Under the pieces are notes generated by a model that saw only the letters and a program-made list of their open reading frames with translations, ran no database searches and was not told where the DNA came from. The position numbers were made by a program, and so were the translations under genes. Below, in pieces: positions 1-9,960 of a DNA stretch of 40,217 bases. How positions within the stretch are numbered: the first letter of the stretch is position 1; every line of letters starts with the position of its first letter. The DNA is from Actinomycetota bacterium (GTDB lineage Bacteria; Actinomycetota; Thermoleophilia; Miltoncostaeales; Miltoncostaeaceae): positions 1-40,217 of the forward strand of contig JBIQJW010000002.1 of the NCBI GenBank assembly GCA_044507145.1, read 5' to 3'.

Positions 1-92
1 ATCCGCGTGCGAGCCTGCACACCGGTGCCGTCCGGATGCCGCGATACGCGCGCGTCTGGTGAGCCGCGCGTCCGCGTGCTACGGTACCCGGC

Positions 93-118
93 GCCGCCCA
101 CCCGGGCGGCCCTGTTTT
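93..118 (+). terminator. Terminator-like hairpin (7-bp GC stem GCCGCCC/GGGCGGC, loop ACCC) followed by a TTTT tract, 20 nt upstream of rpsL
   Basis: The stem is 93-99 paired with 104-110, and the T run is 115-118. It probably ends the upstream (off-window) transcription unit or acts as a leader attenuator. Confidence 0.4.
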
Positions 119-138
119 CTGCTCGAACAAAGGCGCAC

Positions 139-510
139 GTGCCCACGATCAACCAGCTCGTCCGCAAGGGACGCAAGCCCAAGTTCACGAAGGTGTCCAC
201 GCCCGCCCTCAAGGGCGCCCCGCAGAAGCGCGGGGTCTGCACGCGTGTGTTCACCACCACGCCGAAGAAGCCGAACTCCGCGCTGCGCAAGGTCGCGCGT
301 GTCCGGCTTGTGAACGGCATGGAGGTCACCTCCTACATCCCCGGCGAGGGCCACAACCTGCAGGAGCACTCGGTTGTGCTGCTCCGCGGCGGCCGCGTCA
401 AGGATCTTCCGGGCGTGCGCTACAAGGTCATCCGGGCGGCCCTCGACGCCGCCGGCGTGAACGACCGGCGCCAGTCGCGGTCCCGCTACGGCGCGAAGAG
501 GCCGAAGTAA
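139..510 (+). CDS. rpsL: 30S ribosomal protein S12
   Basis: A GTG at 139 inside ORF 7..510 gives [15 protein letters not shown]..., the canonical S12 N-terminus, plus the PGVRYK motif. The 44 codons upstream carry no S12-like sequence. Confidence 0.95.
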   Translation: MPTINQLVRKGRKPKFTKVSTPALKGAPQKRGVCTRVFTTTPKKPNSALRKVARVRLVNGMEVTSYIPGEGHNLQEHSVVLLRGGRVKDLPGVRYKVIRAALDAAGVNDRRQSRSRYGAKRPK

Positions 511-980
511 TGCCGCGCCGCGCAGTCATCACACGGCGTCCGCTCGACGCCGACCCGGTCTACGACAGCGCCCTGGTCACCCAGATGGTGAACAAGGTGC
601 TCCGCGACGGGAAGAAGTCCACCTCCGAAGGTGTCGTCTACGGGGCGCTGGAGCGCATCCGTGACCGCACCGGCCGTGACCCGGTCGCGGTGATGGAGGA
701 GGCCGTGCGCAACGTGACGCCGGCGCTCGAGGTCAAGTCGCGCCGCGTCGGTGGCGCCACGTACCAGGTGCCGATCGAGGTGCCCGCCCGCCGCGGCCGC
801 ACCCTGGCCATCCGCTGGATCGTCCGCTTCGCCCGCGAGCGCCGGGAGAAGCAGATGAGCGAGCGGCTCGCCAACGAGCTCCTGGACGCGCTGGGTTCGC
901 AGGGGGGCGCCTTCAAGCGGAAGGACGACCTCTACCGCATGGCCCAGGCCAACAAGGCGTTCGCGCACTACCGCTGGTAG
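510..980 (+). CDS. rpsG: 30S ribosomal protein S7
   Basis: The product [20 protein letters not shown]...[14 protein letters not shown] is S7-like. Its start overlaps the rpsL stop (TAATG). Confidence 0.97.
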   Translation: MPRRAVITRRPLDADPVYDSALVTQMVNKVLRDGKKSTSEGVVYGALERIRDRTGRDPVAVMEEAVRNVTPALEVKSRRVGGATYQVPIEVPARRGRTLAIRWIVRFARERREKQMSERLANELLDALGSQGGAFKRKDDLYRMAQANKAFAHYRW

Positions 981-985
981 CGCAG

Positions 986-1007
986 AGCCCGCCCCTCGGG
1001 GCGGGCT
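986..1007 (+). other. Perfect GC-rich hairpin in the rpsG-fusA spacer (about 9-bp stem, CUCG loop, no U-tract)
   Basis: AGCCCGCCCCTCGGGGCGGGCT is self-complementary. It may be an RNA processing or stability element inside the operon. Confidence 0.3.
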
Positions 1008-1081
1008 GCAGTTCCTGAAGAGGTGAGCTTTCGCGTGCGGCCATCCGGGTCGGCGCACGGACACGGCAGAGGTGGTCGGCA

Positions 1082-3175
1082 GTGACGACGGCGAAAAAGG
1101 TCTCCCTCGAGAAGACCCGCAACATCGGCATCATGGCGCATATCGACGCCGGTAAGACGACCACCACCGAGCGGATCCTCTTCTACACGGGGCGGACCCA
1201 CCGCATCGGTGAGGTCCATGAGGGTGCGGCCACGATGGACTGGATGGCGCAGGAGCAGGAGCGCGGCATCACCATCACCAGCGCCGCCACCACGTGTCTG
1301 TGGCGGGACCACCGGATCAACATCATCGACACCCCGGGCCACGTCGACTTCACCGTCGAGGTGGAGCGCAGCCTGCGCGTGCTCGACGGTGCCGTCGCGG
1401 TGTTCGACTCGGTCGCCGGCGTGGAGCCCCAGAGCGAGACCGTGTGGCGCCAGGCGGACCGCTACGGCGTGCCGCGCATCGCCTACGTGAACAAGATGGA
1501 CCGGATCGGCGCCAACTTCGCCGGCGCCATCGAGACGATGCGCAAGCGCCTCGGCGCCAACGCCATCGCGATGCAGCTCCCGATCGGCGCCGAAGCCGAC
1601 TTCCGCGGCATCATCGACCTGGTCGAGATGGACGCCCGGATCTACAACGACGACCTCGGCAACGACGTCGACCACACCGAGATTCCGGCCGAGCTGCTGG
1701 ACGAGGCCACGGCTGCCCGTGAGGCGCTCATCGAGGCGCTGGCGGACTCCGACGACGAGCTGGCCGAGGCCTACCTGGAGGGCCAGGAGATCAGCGCCGA
1801 GCAGCTGCGCAGCGCGCTGCGCAAGGGCGTGCTGTCGATCTCGGTCACCCCGGTGCTCTGCGGTTCGTCCTTCAAGAACAAGGGCGTGCAGCCGCTGCTC
1901 GACGCGGTGGTGGAGCTCATGCCGTCGCCGTTGGACGTGGCCGCCGCCGCCGGCGTGCTGCCCGGCACCGAGGAAGAGGTGGTCCGCGAGTCCGACCCGA
2001 AGGGCCCGTTCGCGGCCCTCGCGTTCAAGGTGATGAGCGACCCGTACGTCGGCCGCCTCACCTACCTGCGCATCTACTCCGGCACCATCAGCAGCGGCGC
2101 GGGCATCATCAACGCCACGAAGGACCGCAAGGAGCGCGTCGGCCGCCTCCTGCTGATGCACGCGAACCACCGCGAGGACATCGACGAGGTCGAGGCCGGG
2201 GACATCGTCGCCGCCGTCGGACTGAAGACCACGAGCACCGGCGACACGCTCTGCGACCCCGACAACCCGGTCATCCTCGAGCAGATGACGTTCCCGGAGC
2301 CGGTCATCGGTCTGGCGATCGAGCCCAAGACCAAGGCCGACCAGGAGAAGCTCTCCACCGCCCTGGCGCGTCTGTCCGACGAGGACCCGACATTCCGCGT
2401 CCACACGGACGAGGAGACGGCCCAGACCGTCATCGAGGGCATGGGCGAGCTGCACCTCGAGATCATCGTCGACCGGCTCATGCGCGAGTTCAGCGTGGAC
2501 GCCAACGTCGGTGCGCCGCAGGTGGCCTACCGCGAGACGATCCGCAAGCCCGTCACGAAGGTGGAGGGGAAGTTCGTCCGTCAGACCGGTGGTCGCGGCC
2601 AGTTCGGTCACGTCTACGTCTCGGTGGAGCCGAACGAGCTGGGCAAGGGCTACGAGTTCGAGAGCAAGATCGTGGGTGGCGCCATCCCGAAGGACTACAT
2701 CCCGGCGGTCGACCAGGGTATCCGCGAGGCGCTGGAGACCGGCGTGGTCGCCGGCTTCCCCATGGTGGACGTCAAGGTCCAGCTCATCGACGGGTCCTAC
2801 CACGAGGTCGACTCGTCGGAGATCGCGTTCAAGATCGCCGGCTCGATGGCCGTCCGCGAGGCCGTGAAGCGCGCCAGCCCGACCCTGCTGGAGCCGGTGA
2901 TGGCCGTCGAGGTGACCGCCCCCAAGGAGTTCGTGGGCACGGTGGTGGGCGACCTCACCTCGCGCCGTGGGCGCATCGGCGGCATGGAGAGCCGTGGCAC
3001 GGCCGAGGTGGTCAACGCCCAGGTGCCGCTGTCGGAGATGTTCGGTTACGCCACCTCGGTGCGCTCGGCCACGCAGGGCCGCGCGACCTTCTCGATGCAG
3101 TTCCACTCCTACCAGGAAGTGCCGAACTCCATCGCCGAGGAGATCAAGAAGAAGGTGGGCGCCTCGGCCGAGTAG
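1082..3175 (+). CDS. fusA: Elongation factor G
   Basis: GTG start preceded by GAGGTGG. It has the G-domain motifs [14 protein letters not shown] and NKMD, at 697 aa. Confidence 0.97.
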   Translation: MTTAKKVSLEKTRNIGIMAHIDAGKTTTTERILFYTGRTHRIGEVHEGAATMDWMAQEQERGITITSAATTCLWRDHRINIIDTPGHVDFTVEVERSLRVLDGAVAVFDSVAGVEPQSETVWRQADRYGVPRIAYVNKMDRIGANFAGAIETMRKRLGANAIAMQLPIGAEADFRGIIDLVEMDARIYNDDLGNDVDHTEIPAELLDEATAAREALIEALADSDDELAEAYLEGQEISAEQLRSALRKGVLSISVTPVLCGSSFKNKGVQPLLDAVVELMPSPLDVAAAAGVLPGTEEEVVRESDPKGPFAALAFKVMSDPYVGRLTYLRIYSGTISSGAGIINATKDRKERVGRLLLMHANHREDIDEVEAGDIVAAVGLKTTSTGDTLCDPDNPVILEQMTFPEPVIGLAIEPKTKADQEKLSTALARLSDEDPTFRVHTDEETAQTVIEGMGELHLEIIVDRLMREFSVDANVGAPQVAYRETIRKPVTKVEGKFVRQTGGRGQFGHVYVSVEPNELGKGYEFESKIVGGAIPKDYIPAVDQGIREALETGVVAGFPMVDVKVQLIDGSYHEVDSSEIAFKIAGSMAVREAVKRASPTLLEPVMAVEVTAPKEFVGTVVGDLTSRRGRIGGMESRGTAEVVNAQVPLSEMFGYATSVRSATQGRATFSMQFHSYQEVPNSIAEEIKKKVGASAE

Positions 3176-3193
3176 CCGCAGGCGACATGGTGC

Positions 3194-3682
3194 TCACGAC
3201 GGGCCGCCTTCGGGCGGCCCGTCGTCGTTCATACGGTCGTCGCGGGTGCGGATGCGGAAGGTGGGGTGCGCCGGCGCCACCGCGGCGATGCGGTCGGCCG
3301 AGGGCCGGCGCGGCAGGCCGAACAGGCGCCGGGTCATCACGCCGTAGGTCCGCAGGTATGCGCCGATGGCGCGGAGCCGTTCGGGCCCCTCCACCGCGAG
3401 GGCCTCGACGCGCTCGGTGCGCCGGCCGTACCGAAGCTCACCCCAGCCGGCCGCCGCCAGGTTCCGCGCCCAGTCGGTGCGCCCGCGCGGCGCCACCAGG
3501 TACCGCGATCCGCGCGAGTGGGCGATCAGCACGGGCACCTCGTGGAGGCGGCCCGTGCGCCGGCCGTGCACCCGCAGCAGCGCGAGGCGCGGCAGCGGCA
3601 ACCCAAGGCGGCCGATCCACCAGGCGATCGCTCCGTTCACGGCGCGGGCCGGCACTCCCAGGCCCCGGTCGGCGGTGATCAT
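3194..3682 (-). CDS. Nitroreductase-family deazaflavin (F420)-dependent oxidoreductase-like protein (DUF385/Ddn-like)
   Basis: The block LLRVHGRRTGRLHEVPVLIAHSRGSRYLVAPRGRTDWARNLAAAGWGELRYG matches the Ddn/DUF385 pattern (L.T.GR.(S/T)G...P(L/V)......V(V/A)...G....W..NL.A.P). Its ATG overlaps the upstream gene's stop (ATGA). Confidence 0.6.
   Translation of the reverse strand: MITADRGLGVPARAVNGAIAWWIGRLGLPLPRLALLRVHGRRTGRLHEVPVLIAHSRGSRYLVAPRGRTDWARNLAAAGWGELRYGRRTERVEALAVEGPERLRAIGAYLRTYGVMTRRLFGLPRRPSADRIAAVAPAHPTFRIRTRDDRMNDDGPPEGGPS
3196..3225. terminator. Perfect 13-bp hairpin with a UUCG loop between convergent fusA and the DUF385-like gene
   Basis: ACGACGGGCCGCC-TTCG-GGCGGCCCGTCGT. 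There is no clear U-tract on either strand. It overlaps the last ~10 codons of the minus-strand gene. Confidence 0.45.
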
Positions 3683-6387
3683 CGGTCCTCCTGGAGCAGT
3701 GACGACAGGTGCTCGGCCGGATGCAGGGCGCGCCGGCCGGTGAGGCGGGTGATCTGGGCCCGGCAGGAGGTGCCGGGCGCCACGACCACGCCGGGCGCGT
3801 CGCGGACCGCGGGCGCCAGGCGCTGCTCGCCGATGGCGCGCGACGTCTCGGGGTGACGGTACCCGAACGCGCCGGCCATCCCGCAGCAGCCCGCCCCGGA
3901 GGGCACGACGTCGCCACCGGTCAGGGCGGCAAGGCGCGCCGGAGCACGGTCACCGGCGAGCGCCCGCGAATGGCAGTGGTCGTGCACCAGGGCGGGCCCC
4001 GTGGGCCCGGCCAGCCGGGGCGCCCCGAGCTCGGCCAGCGCCTGCTCCAGGGGCATCACCCGGTCCGCCACCCAGGCCGTGCGCGGATCGTCGGGAAGGA
4101 GGCGACGCAGGTCGTCGGCGAGCATCGACCAGCACGAGGGCTCCAGGACGACGATCGGCACGTCGGCCATCGCGTGCGGCGCCAGGCGGTCCAGGGCGCG
4201 GCGCCCGGCCCGCCGAGCGGGCGCGATGAAGCCCTGGCTCAGCAGCGGCCGTCCGCAGCACCCCGGATCGACCACGCGCACGCTCGCGCCGGTGGCCTCG
4301 AGCACCCGCAGGGCGGCATCGCCGACGGCGGGTTCCAGGAAGCGCGTGAAGGTGTCCGCCATCAGCACCACCGGTGGGCCGTTTGCGCGACGCCGCGGGG
4401 TGGGCCTCCACCGGCGCGCCGGCACCGGGGCATCCGGTGCGCCCAACGCCCGTGCGAGGCGCAGGCCGGCCGCCGCCGCGCGGGGGGCCCGCGAGCCGAG
4501 CGCCAGAAGGCGGTGGGTGTGGGCCGCGGCGCGCGTGGCGAGCCCGGGCCGGTGTTCCCGGTGCCGGTGCGCGAGCGCCTCCACCTTCAGTGCGGCCATG
4601 TCCACCTGTGCCGGGCACTCGGCGGCGCAGGCCTTGCACCCCAGGCACAGGTCGAGCGCCTCGTGCAGCCCCGGATCGGCGAGGCCCCCGGGCAGCCGCC
4701 CCTCGAGCGCCGCGCGCAGCAGCACCGCCCGGCCGCGGGTGGAGTGGCGCTCATCCTGCAGCGCCTGATAGCTCGGGCACATCGTCGTCGTGCGCGCCCT
4801 GCAGGTTCCGTTGCCGTTGCAGGCCTCACCCGCGCGCGCCAGCCCGCCCTCGGCGCCGAAGTCCAGGGCCGTGCGCCGGGCGGCACGCGGGGGCGACGCG
4901 AGCAGGCGCAGCCCCGCATCGAGGGGTTCGGGGTTCGTGAGGATCCCCGGGTTGAGGATGCCGTCGGGGTCCAACAGCCGCTTCAGTTCCCCGAATGCGG
5001 CGATGGTCTCGGGCGGATACATCCGCGGCAGCAGTTCGCTGCGTACGCGCCCGTCGCCGTGCTCGCCCGACAGCGAACCCTCGTGCGCGGCCACCAGGTC
5101 GGCCACGGCTTCGGCCACCCGGCGCACGCACGCCGCGGCCCCCGGATGGCGCAGGTCCAGCAGCGGCCGGATGTGCAGGCATCCCACGCTGGCATGGCCG
5201 TACCAGACCGCCGGCAGCCCCTCGGCGGCGAGGAGCCGCCGTACCTCGTCCGCGAAGTCCGCCAGGCGCTCCGGCGGCACCGCCGGATCCTCGATGAACG
5301 CCAGCGGGCGCGGGTCGGGGCCCAGGCCGGCGCCGCGCAGGGCGCGCGCGATGCCCGTGCGCCGCACGGCCCACATGGCCGCCTGCTCGTGGGGGGAGCG
5401 CAGTGCCCTGGCACGCGGCAGCCCGCATAGCGCGGCCTCGGTTTCCTCCGGCTCGCCGCTGTACTCCACCAGCAGCAGCGCGGGCGCCGTCACCACCACG
5501 CCGAGCAGGTCGCGCACCGCCGCCGGGCGGTTCTCCGGTTCGATGAGGGAGCGGTCCATCAGCTCGACGGCGGACGGGCCCGTCTCCAGAAGGGCGGGCA
5601 CATCGCGCAGGGCGGCGTCCACCGACGGGTACGGCAGGAGCGCGAGCACGCGCGACGCGGGGATCGGCACCAGGCGCAACTCGGCGCGGCGGGTGACCGC
5701 GAGCGTCCCCTCGGACCCGCACAGCAGCCGGGGCCAGTCCGGCGCGTCGCCTCCGAGCGCATCGAGGGCGTATCCGGAGACCCGTCGCATCAGCCCCGGC
5801 CCTCGGAAACATGCGGCCAGCGGAACTGCCTCCCGCAGGGCGGCCGGGGCCGGCCCGCCCCGCCGCAGCGTGGCCCGGGCGCCGTCGGCCATCGTCACGT
5901 CGAGGGCCAGCACGTGATCCGCGGTGAGGCCGTGGACCACCGAGCGGGCGCCTGCGGAGTTGTTGGCGATCATCCCGCCCAGCGTCGCTCGGCTGCCCGT
6001 GGCCACATCCGGGCCGAACATCAGCCCGTGCGGCCGCGCCGCCGCGTTGAGGCGGTCCAGCACCACCCCCGGACCCACCCGCGCGACGCACGCGTCCGGA
6101 TCGATCTCGACCGACGCCAGCGCGCCGCAGTCGACCACCAGACCGGCGCCGACGGCCTGCCCTGCCAGGCTGGTCCCGGCACCTCGCATCGTCAACGGCA
6201 TACCGACTCGCGCACAGGCGGCCACGGCCGCGTCCAGATCGTCGTCGCGGAGGGCCCTCAGCGCCGCGGCCGGACGCCGCCGGTAGAGGCTGGCATCGGC
6301 CGCGTAGAGCTCGCGCGACGCGATGTCGTCCCGGACCTCTCCGGCCACATCCCGGCGAAGATCGCGCACGAAGTCACCGTTGACCAT
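3679..6387 (-). CDS. FAD-binding oxidase fused to a 4Fe-4S dicluster and two CCG (cysteine-rich) domains; YdiJ/GlcD-GlcF-like 2-hydroxyacid dehydrogenase
   Basis: N-terminal PCMH-type FAD domain ([16 protein letters not shown]). Ferredoxin motifs CNGNGTC...CP and [12 protein letters not shown]. Two CCG motifs ([19 protein letters not shown]). GC3 is high through all 902 codons. Confidence 0.8.
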   Translation of the reverse strand: MVNGDFVRDLRRDVAGEVRDDIASRELYAADASLYRRRPAAALRALRDDDLDAAVAACARVGMPLTMRGAGTSLAGQAVGAGLVVDCGALASVEIDPDACVARVGPGVVLDRLNAAARPHGLMFGPDVATGSRATLGGMIANNSAGARSVVHGLTADHVLALDVTMADGARATLRRGGPAPAALREAVPLAACFRGPGLMRRVSGYALDALGGDAPDWPRLLCGSEGTLAVTRRAELRLVPIPASRVLALLPYPSVDAALRDVPALLETGPSAVELMDRSLIEPENRPAAVRDLLGVVVTAPALLLVEYSGEPEETEAALCGLPRARALRSPHEQAAMWAVRRTGIARALRGAGLGPDPRPLAFIEDPAVPPERLADFADEVRRLLAAEGLPAVWYGHASVGCLHIRPLLDLRHPGAAACVRRVAEAVADLVAAHEGSLSGEHGDGRVRSELLPRMYPPETIAAFGELKRLLDPDGILNPGILTNPEPLDAGLRLLASPPRAARRTALDFGAEGGLARAGEACNGNGTCRARTTTMCPSYQALQDERHSTRGRAVLLRAALEGRLPGGLADPGLHEALDLCLGCKACAAECPAQVDMAALKVEALAHRHREHRPGLATRAAAHTHRLLALGSRAPRAAAAGLRLARALGAPDAPVPARRWRPTPRRRANGPPVVLMADTFTRFLEPAVGDAALRVLEATGASVRVVDPGCCGRPLLSQGFIAPARRAGRRALDRLAPHAMADVPIVVLEPSCWSMLADDLRRLLPDDPRTAWVADRVMPLEQALAELGAPRLAGPTGPALVHDHCHSRALAGDRAPARLAALTGGDVVPSGAGCCGMAGAFGYRHPETSRAIGEQRLAPAVRDAPGVVVAPGTSCRAQITRLTGRRALHPAEHLSSLLQEDR

Positions 6388-6438
6388 CCGCGCATGCTAG
6401 AACTCCCGAGCCGCGTCGACGGCCCCCTTCACCCGCGC

Positions 6439-6467
6439 TTGCGGGCCGGGAGGAGGCTCGGTATTCT
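6439..6467 (+). promoter_or_regulatory. Putative sigma-70-type promoter for tuf (-35 TTGCGG, 17-nt spacer, -10 TATTCT)
   Basis: Hexamers at 6439-6444 and 6462-6467 in the divergent intergenic region. This rests on a sequence match only. Confidence 0.25.
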
Positions 6468-6498
6468 TCCCGGGCTCTACGGAGCGCCCGGTTTATCG

Positions 6499-6524
6499 CG
6501 CGCGGCCTTCGGGCCGCGCGTTTT
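6499..6524 (+). promoter_or_regulatory. Intrinsic-terminator-like hairpin (9-bp stem, UUCG loop, TTTT) inside the presumed tuf 5' leader
   Basis: CGCGCGGCC-TTCG-GGCCGCGCG followed by TTTT. There is no upstream + strand gene to terminate. It is flanked by GCGCCCGG at 6484-6491 and 6525-6532. Confidence 0.45.
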
Positions 6525-6600
6525 GCGCCCGGGGATATTCCTCGTCGGGGACGCCCGCCCGCGGGTGGTCGTATCGCAGAGTGCTCAGAGGGAGCGATTG

Positions 6601-7788
<1,188 letters not shown>

Positions 7789-7804
7789 CAGGGCTCGCCC
7801 CTGG

Positions 7805-7843
7805 CCCCGCCGCGCTCCCCAGGGAGGCGGCGGGGTTTTCTTT
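7805..7843 (+). terminator. Rho-independent terminator after tuf (13-bp interrupted GC stem plus TTTTCTTT)
   Basis: CCCCGCCGC(G)CTCC-CCAG-GGAGGCGGCGGGG followed by TTTTCTTT. It lies 17 nt after the tuf stop and ends 21 nt before the rpsJ start. Confidence 0.7.
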
Positions 7844-7864
7844 CCCGGAAAGGCGTTTCGCAGA

Positions 7865-8173
7865 GTGCAGCAGAACAAGATCCGGATTCGGCTCAAAGCT
7901 TACGATCATGAGCTGATCGACAAGAGCGCTGCCTCCATCGTGGAGACGGCTCAGCGCAGCGGCGCGACCATCTCGGGTCCTGTCCCACTGCCCACGGAGC
8001 GCAACGTGTACTGCGTGATTCGCGGGCCGTTCAAGGACAAGGATTCCCGCGAGCACTTCGAGATCCGCACGCACAAGCGTCTGATCGACATCTACTCGCC
8101 CACGCCCAAGACGGTCGACTCGCTCATGCGCCTCGACCTGCCGGCCGGCGTCGACATCGAGATCAAGGCGTAG
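7865..8173 (+). CDS. rpsJ: 30S ribosomal protein S10
   Basis: A GTG at 7865 gives [21 protein letters not shown]..., at 102 aa, with GGAAAGG upstream. Confidence 0.93.
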   Translation: MQQNKIRIRLKAYDHELIDKSAASIVETAQRSGATISGPVPLPTERNVYCVIRGPFKDKDSREHFEIRTHKRLIDIYSPTPKTVDSLMRLDLPAGVDIEIKA

Positions 8174-8177
8174 CGGC

Positions 8178-8798
8178 ATGGCGGCGATCATCGGACGCAA
8201 GCTGGGCATGACCCAGGTCTTCGGCGAGGACGGCACCCGCGTGTCCCTCACCGTGATCGAGGCGGGTCCCTGCCCGGTCACCCAGATCAAGACCGCCGAG
8301 AGCGACGGCTACGAGGCCGTGCAGCTCGGCTTCGGCGCGGTGCGCCCCAAGCGGCTCAACGAGCCCGAGCTGGGTCACCTCAAGAAGGCCGGCGCCCCGC
8401 CGGTGCGCCACCTGCACGAGTTCTCCCCGGACGAGCTGGTCGGTGACCTCTCCCTGGGCGACGTCGTGACGGTCGATGCCTTCGAGCCCGGCGAGATGGT
8501 GCGCATCACCGGCACCTCGAAGGGCAAGGGCTACGCCGGCACCATCAAGCGGCACAACTTCCAGCGCGGTCCGACCAGCCACGGTTCGCACAACGTCCGC
8601 CGTCCCGGCTCGATCGGTGCGGCCGCGTACCCGGCGCGTGTCTTCAAGGGGCTGCGCATGAGCGGTCACATGGGTGCCCGTACCGTGACGCAGCGTGGCC
8701 TGCAGGTCGTCGACCGCGATCCCGAGCGCAACATCCTGCTCGTCCGCGGCGCCGTTCCCGGCGGCGTGAACGGCATCGTGATCGTGAGGCCCGAATGA
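8178..8798 (+). CDS. rplC: 50S ribosomal protein L3
   Basis: MAAIIGRKLGMTQVFGEDG...; L3 family, 206 aa. Confidence 0.96.
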   Translation: MAAIIGRKLGMTQVFGEDGTRVSLTVIEAGPCPVTQIKTAESDGYEAVQLGFGAVRPKRLNEPELGHLKKAGAPPVRHLHEFSPDELVGDLSLGDVVTVDAFEPGEMVRITGTSKGKGYAGTIKRHNFQRGPTSHGSHNVRRPGSIGAAAYPARVFKGLRMSGHMGARTVTQRGLQVVDRDPERNILLVRGAVPGGVNGIVIVRPE

Positions 8799-9658
8799 CC
8801 CCGCTGCCCCTTCTCAACACCGACGGTGTCACGGTCGGTCGCGCCGCCCTGGCGCAGACCCTGGCCGAGCAGCCGATCAAGCAGCACCTGATCCACGAGA
8901 CCGTGGTGGCCGAGCTGGCCGCCCGGCGCGCCGGCACGCACTCCACCAAGAACCGCTCCGAGGTGAGCGGCGGTGGCGCGAAGCCGTGGCGCCAGAAGGG
9001 CACCGGCCGCGCCCGTCAGGGCTCCACCCGGTCTCCCCAGTGGACCGGCGGTGGGATCGTCTTCGGCCCGACCCCGCGCAGCTACGGCGGCAAGGTCAAC
9101 CGCAAGATCCGCCAGCAGGCGCACCGTGCGGCCCTCCGGGCCCACGCCGAGCGCGGCACGCTGGCGCTGATGGAGCCGACCGGCTGGGACGTGCCGTCGA
9201 CCAAGCGCGCGGTGGAGTACCTGCGCCAGGCGCCCGACGCCGTCAACGTCCGGCCGCTCTTGGTGGTGGTGGACGACATCCGTTCGGTCGAGGCCCTCTC
9301 GTTCCGCAACATCGAGGGCGTCTACATCCTCGCCGCCGCGGAGCTCGAGGTGGTGGACATCGTCGCCGCCCGCGCGCTCCTGTTCGCCCGTGAGGCGTGG
9401 GAGCGGCTGACCGGCGGTCCCGCCGACGTCGAGTCGGTCACGCCCGAGCCCAAGCCCGCGGTCAAGAAGGCGGCGGCCAAGGCGCCCGCGCGCCGGCCGA
9501 TCGTCGACGCCACCGCCGAGAAGGCCGCCGCTGAGCCGGCCGCCGAGGACGCGGACGCCGACACCGGCGAGGACGCGACCGCCGAGGCTCCCGAGGGCAC
9601 CGACGCCGGCGCCTCCGATGACGCCGGCGAGACGAGCACGAAGGAGGCCGGCGAATGA
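8795..9658 (+). CDS. rplD: 50S ribosomal protein L4 with a long acidic C-terminal tail
   Basis: It has the L4 core KPWRQKGTGRARQGS and an ATGA overlap with rplC. At 287 aa, the last ~80 residues are Ala/Glu/Asp-rich. Confidence 0.95.
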   Translation: MTPLPLLNTDGVTVGRAALAQTLAEQPIKQHLIHETVVAELAARRAGTHSTKNRSEVSGGGAKPWRQKGTGRARQGSTRSPQWTGGGIVFGPTPRSYGGKVNRKIRQQAHRAALRAHAERGTLALMEPTGWDVPSTKRAVEYLRQAPDAVNVRPLLVVVDDIRSVEALSFRNIEGVYILAAAELEVVDIVAARALLFAREAWERLTGGPADVESVTPEPKPAVKKAAAKAPARRPIVDATAEKAAAEPAAEDADADTGEDATAEAPEGTDAGASDDAGETSTKEAGE

Positions 9659-9957
9659 GCGGGCTGCGTGACGACATCCGCCGGGTGATCATCCGCCCGG
9701 TGATCTCGGAGAAGAGCTTCCAGCTCGTGCAGGCCCACAACCAGTACACCTTCCGGGTGCTGGACGAGGCGCACAAGACCGAGGTCCGCCAGGCCGTCGA
9801 GGAGATGTTCGACGTCACGGTCACCGACGTCCGGACGGTCACGGTGCAGAGCAAGCCGAAGCGCCGCGGCTACACGCGCGGTCGTCGTCCCGGCTGGAAG
9901 AAGGCGATCGTCGAGCTGAAGCCCGGCGACAAGATCGAACTCTTCGAGGGGGCGTAG
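9655..9957 (+). CDS. rplW: 50S ribosomal protein L23
   Basis: IIRPVISEKSFQLVQAHNQYTFRV...; ATGA overlap with rplD. Confidence 0.95.
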   Translation: MSGLRDDIRRVIIRPVISEKSFQLVQAHNQYTFRVLDEAHKTEVRQAVEEMFDVTVTDVRTVTVQSKPKRRGYTRGRRPGWKKAIVELKPGDKIELFEGA

Positions 9958-9960
9958 GCC

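Noticed and set aside
7-138. N-terminal extensions from the ORF track for rpsL (7..), tuf (5914..), rpsJ (7742..), rpsQ (12553..), rplF (15002..), rplR (15234..), map (18952..), rpmJ (19793..) and rpoA (21607..).
   Set aside because: The extensions overlap upstream genes or intergenic hairpins and carry no family-like sequence. Internal starts reproduce the canonical N-termini and have SD-like elements or stop/start coupling.
968-3106. A 712-aa ORF antisense to fusA. Similar long antisense ORFs occur at 6493..7896 (opposite tuf), 21538..22806 (opposite rpoA), 22902..24539 (opposite truA/surE), 32753..34135 (opposite the RlmD-like gene) and 38406..40202 (opposite the ABC gene).
   Set aside because: These are typical stop-codon-poor shadow frames in high-GC DNA. 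Their products are Arg/Gly/His/Asp-rich low-complexity strings with no recognisable motifs. The opposite strand encodes unmistakable conserved proteins with the correct GC3 pattern.
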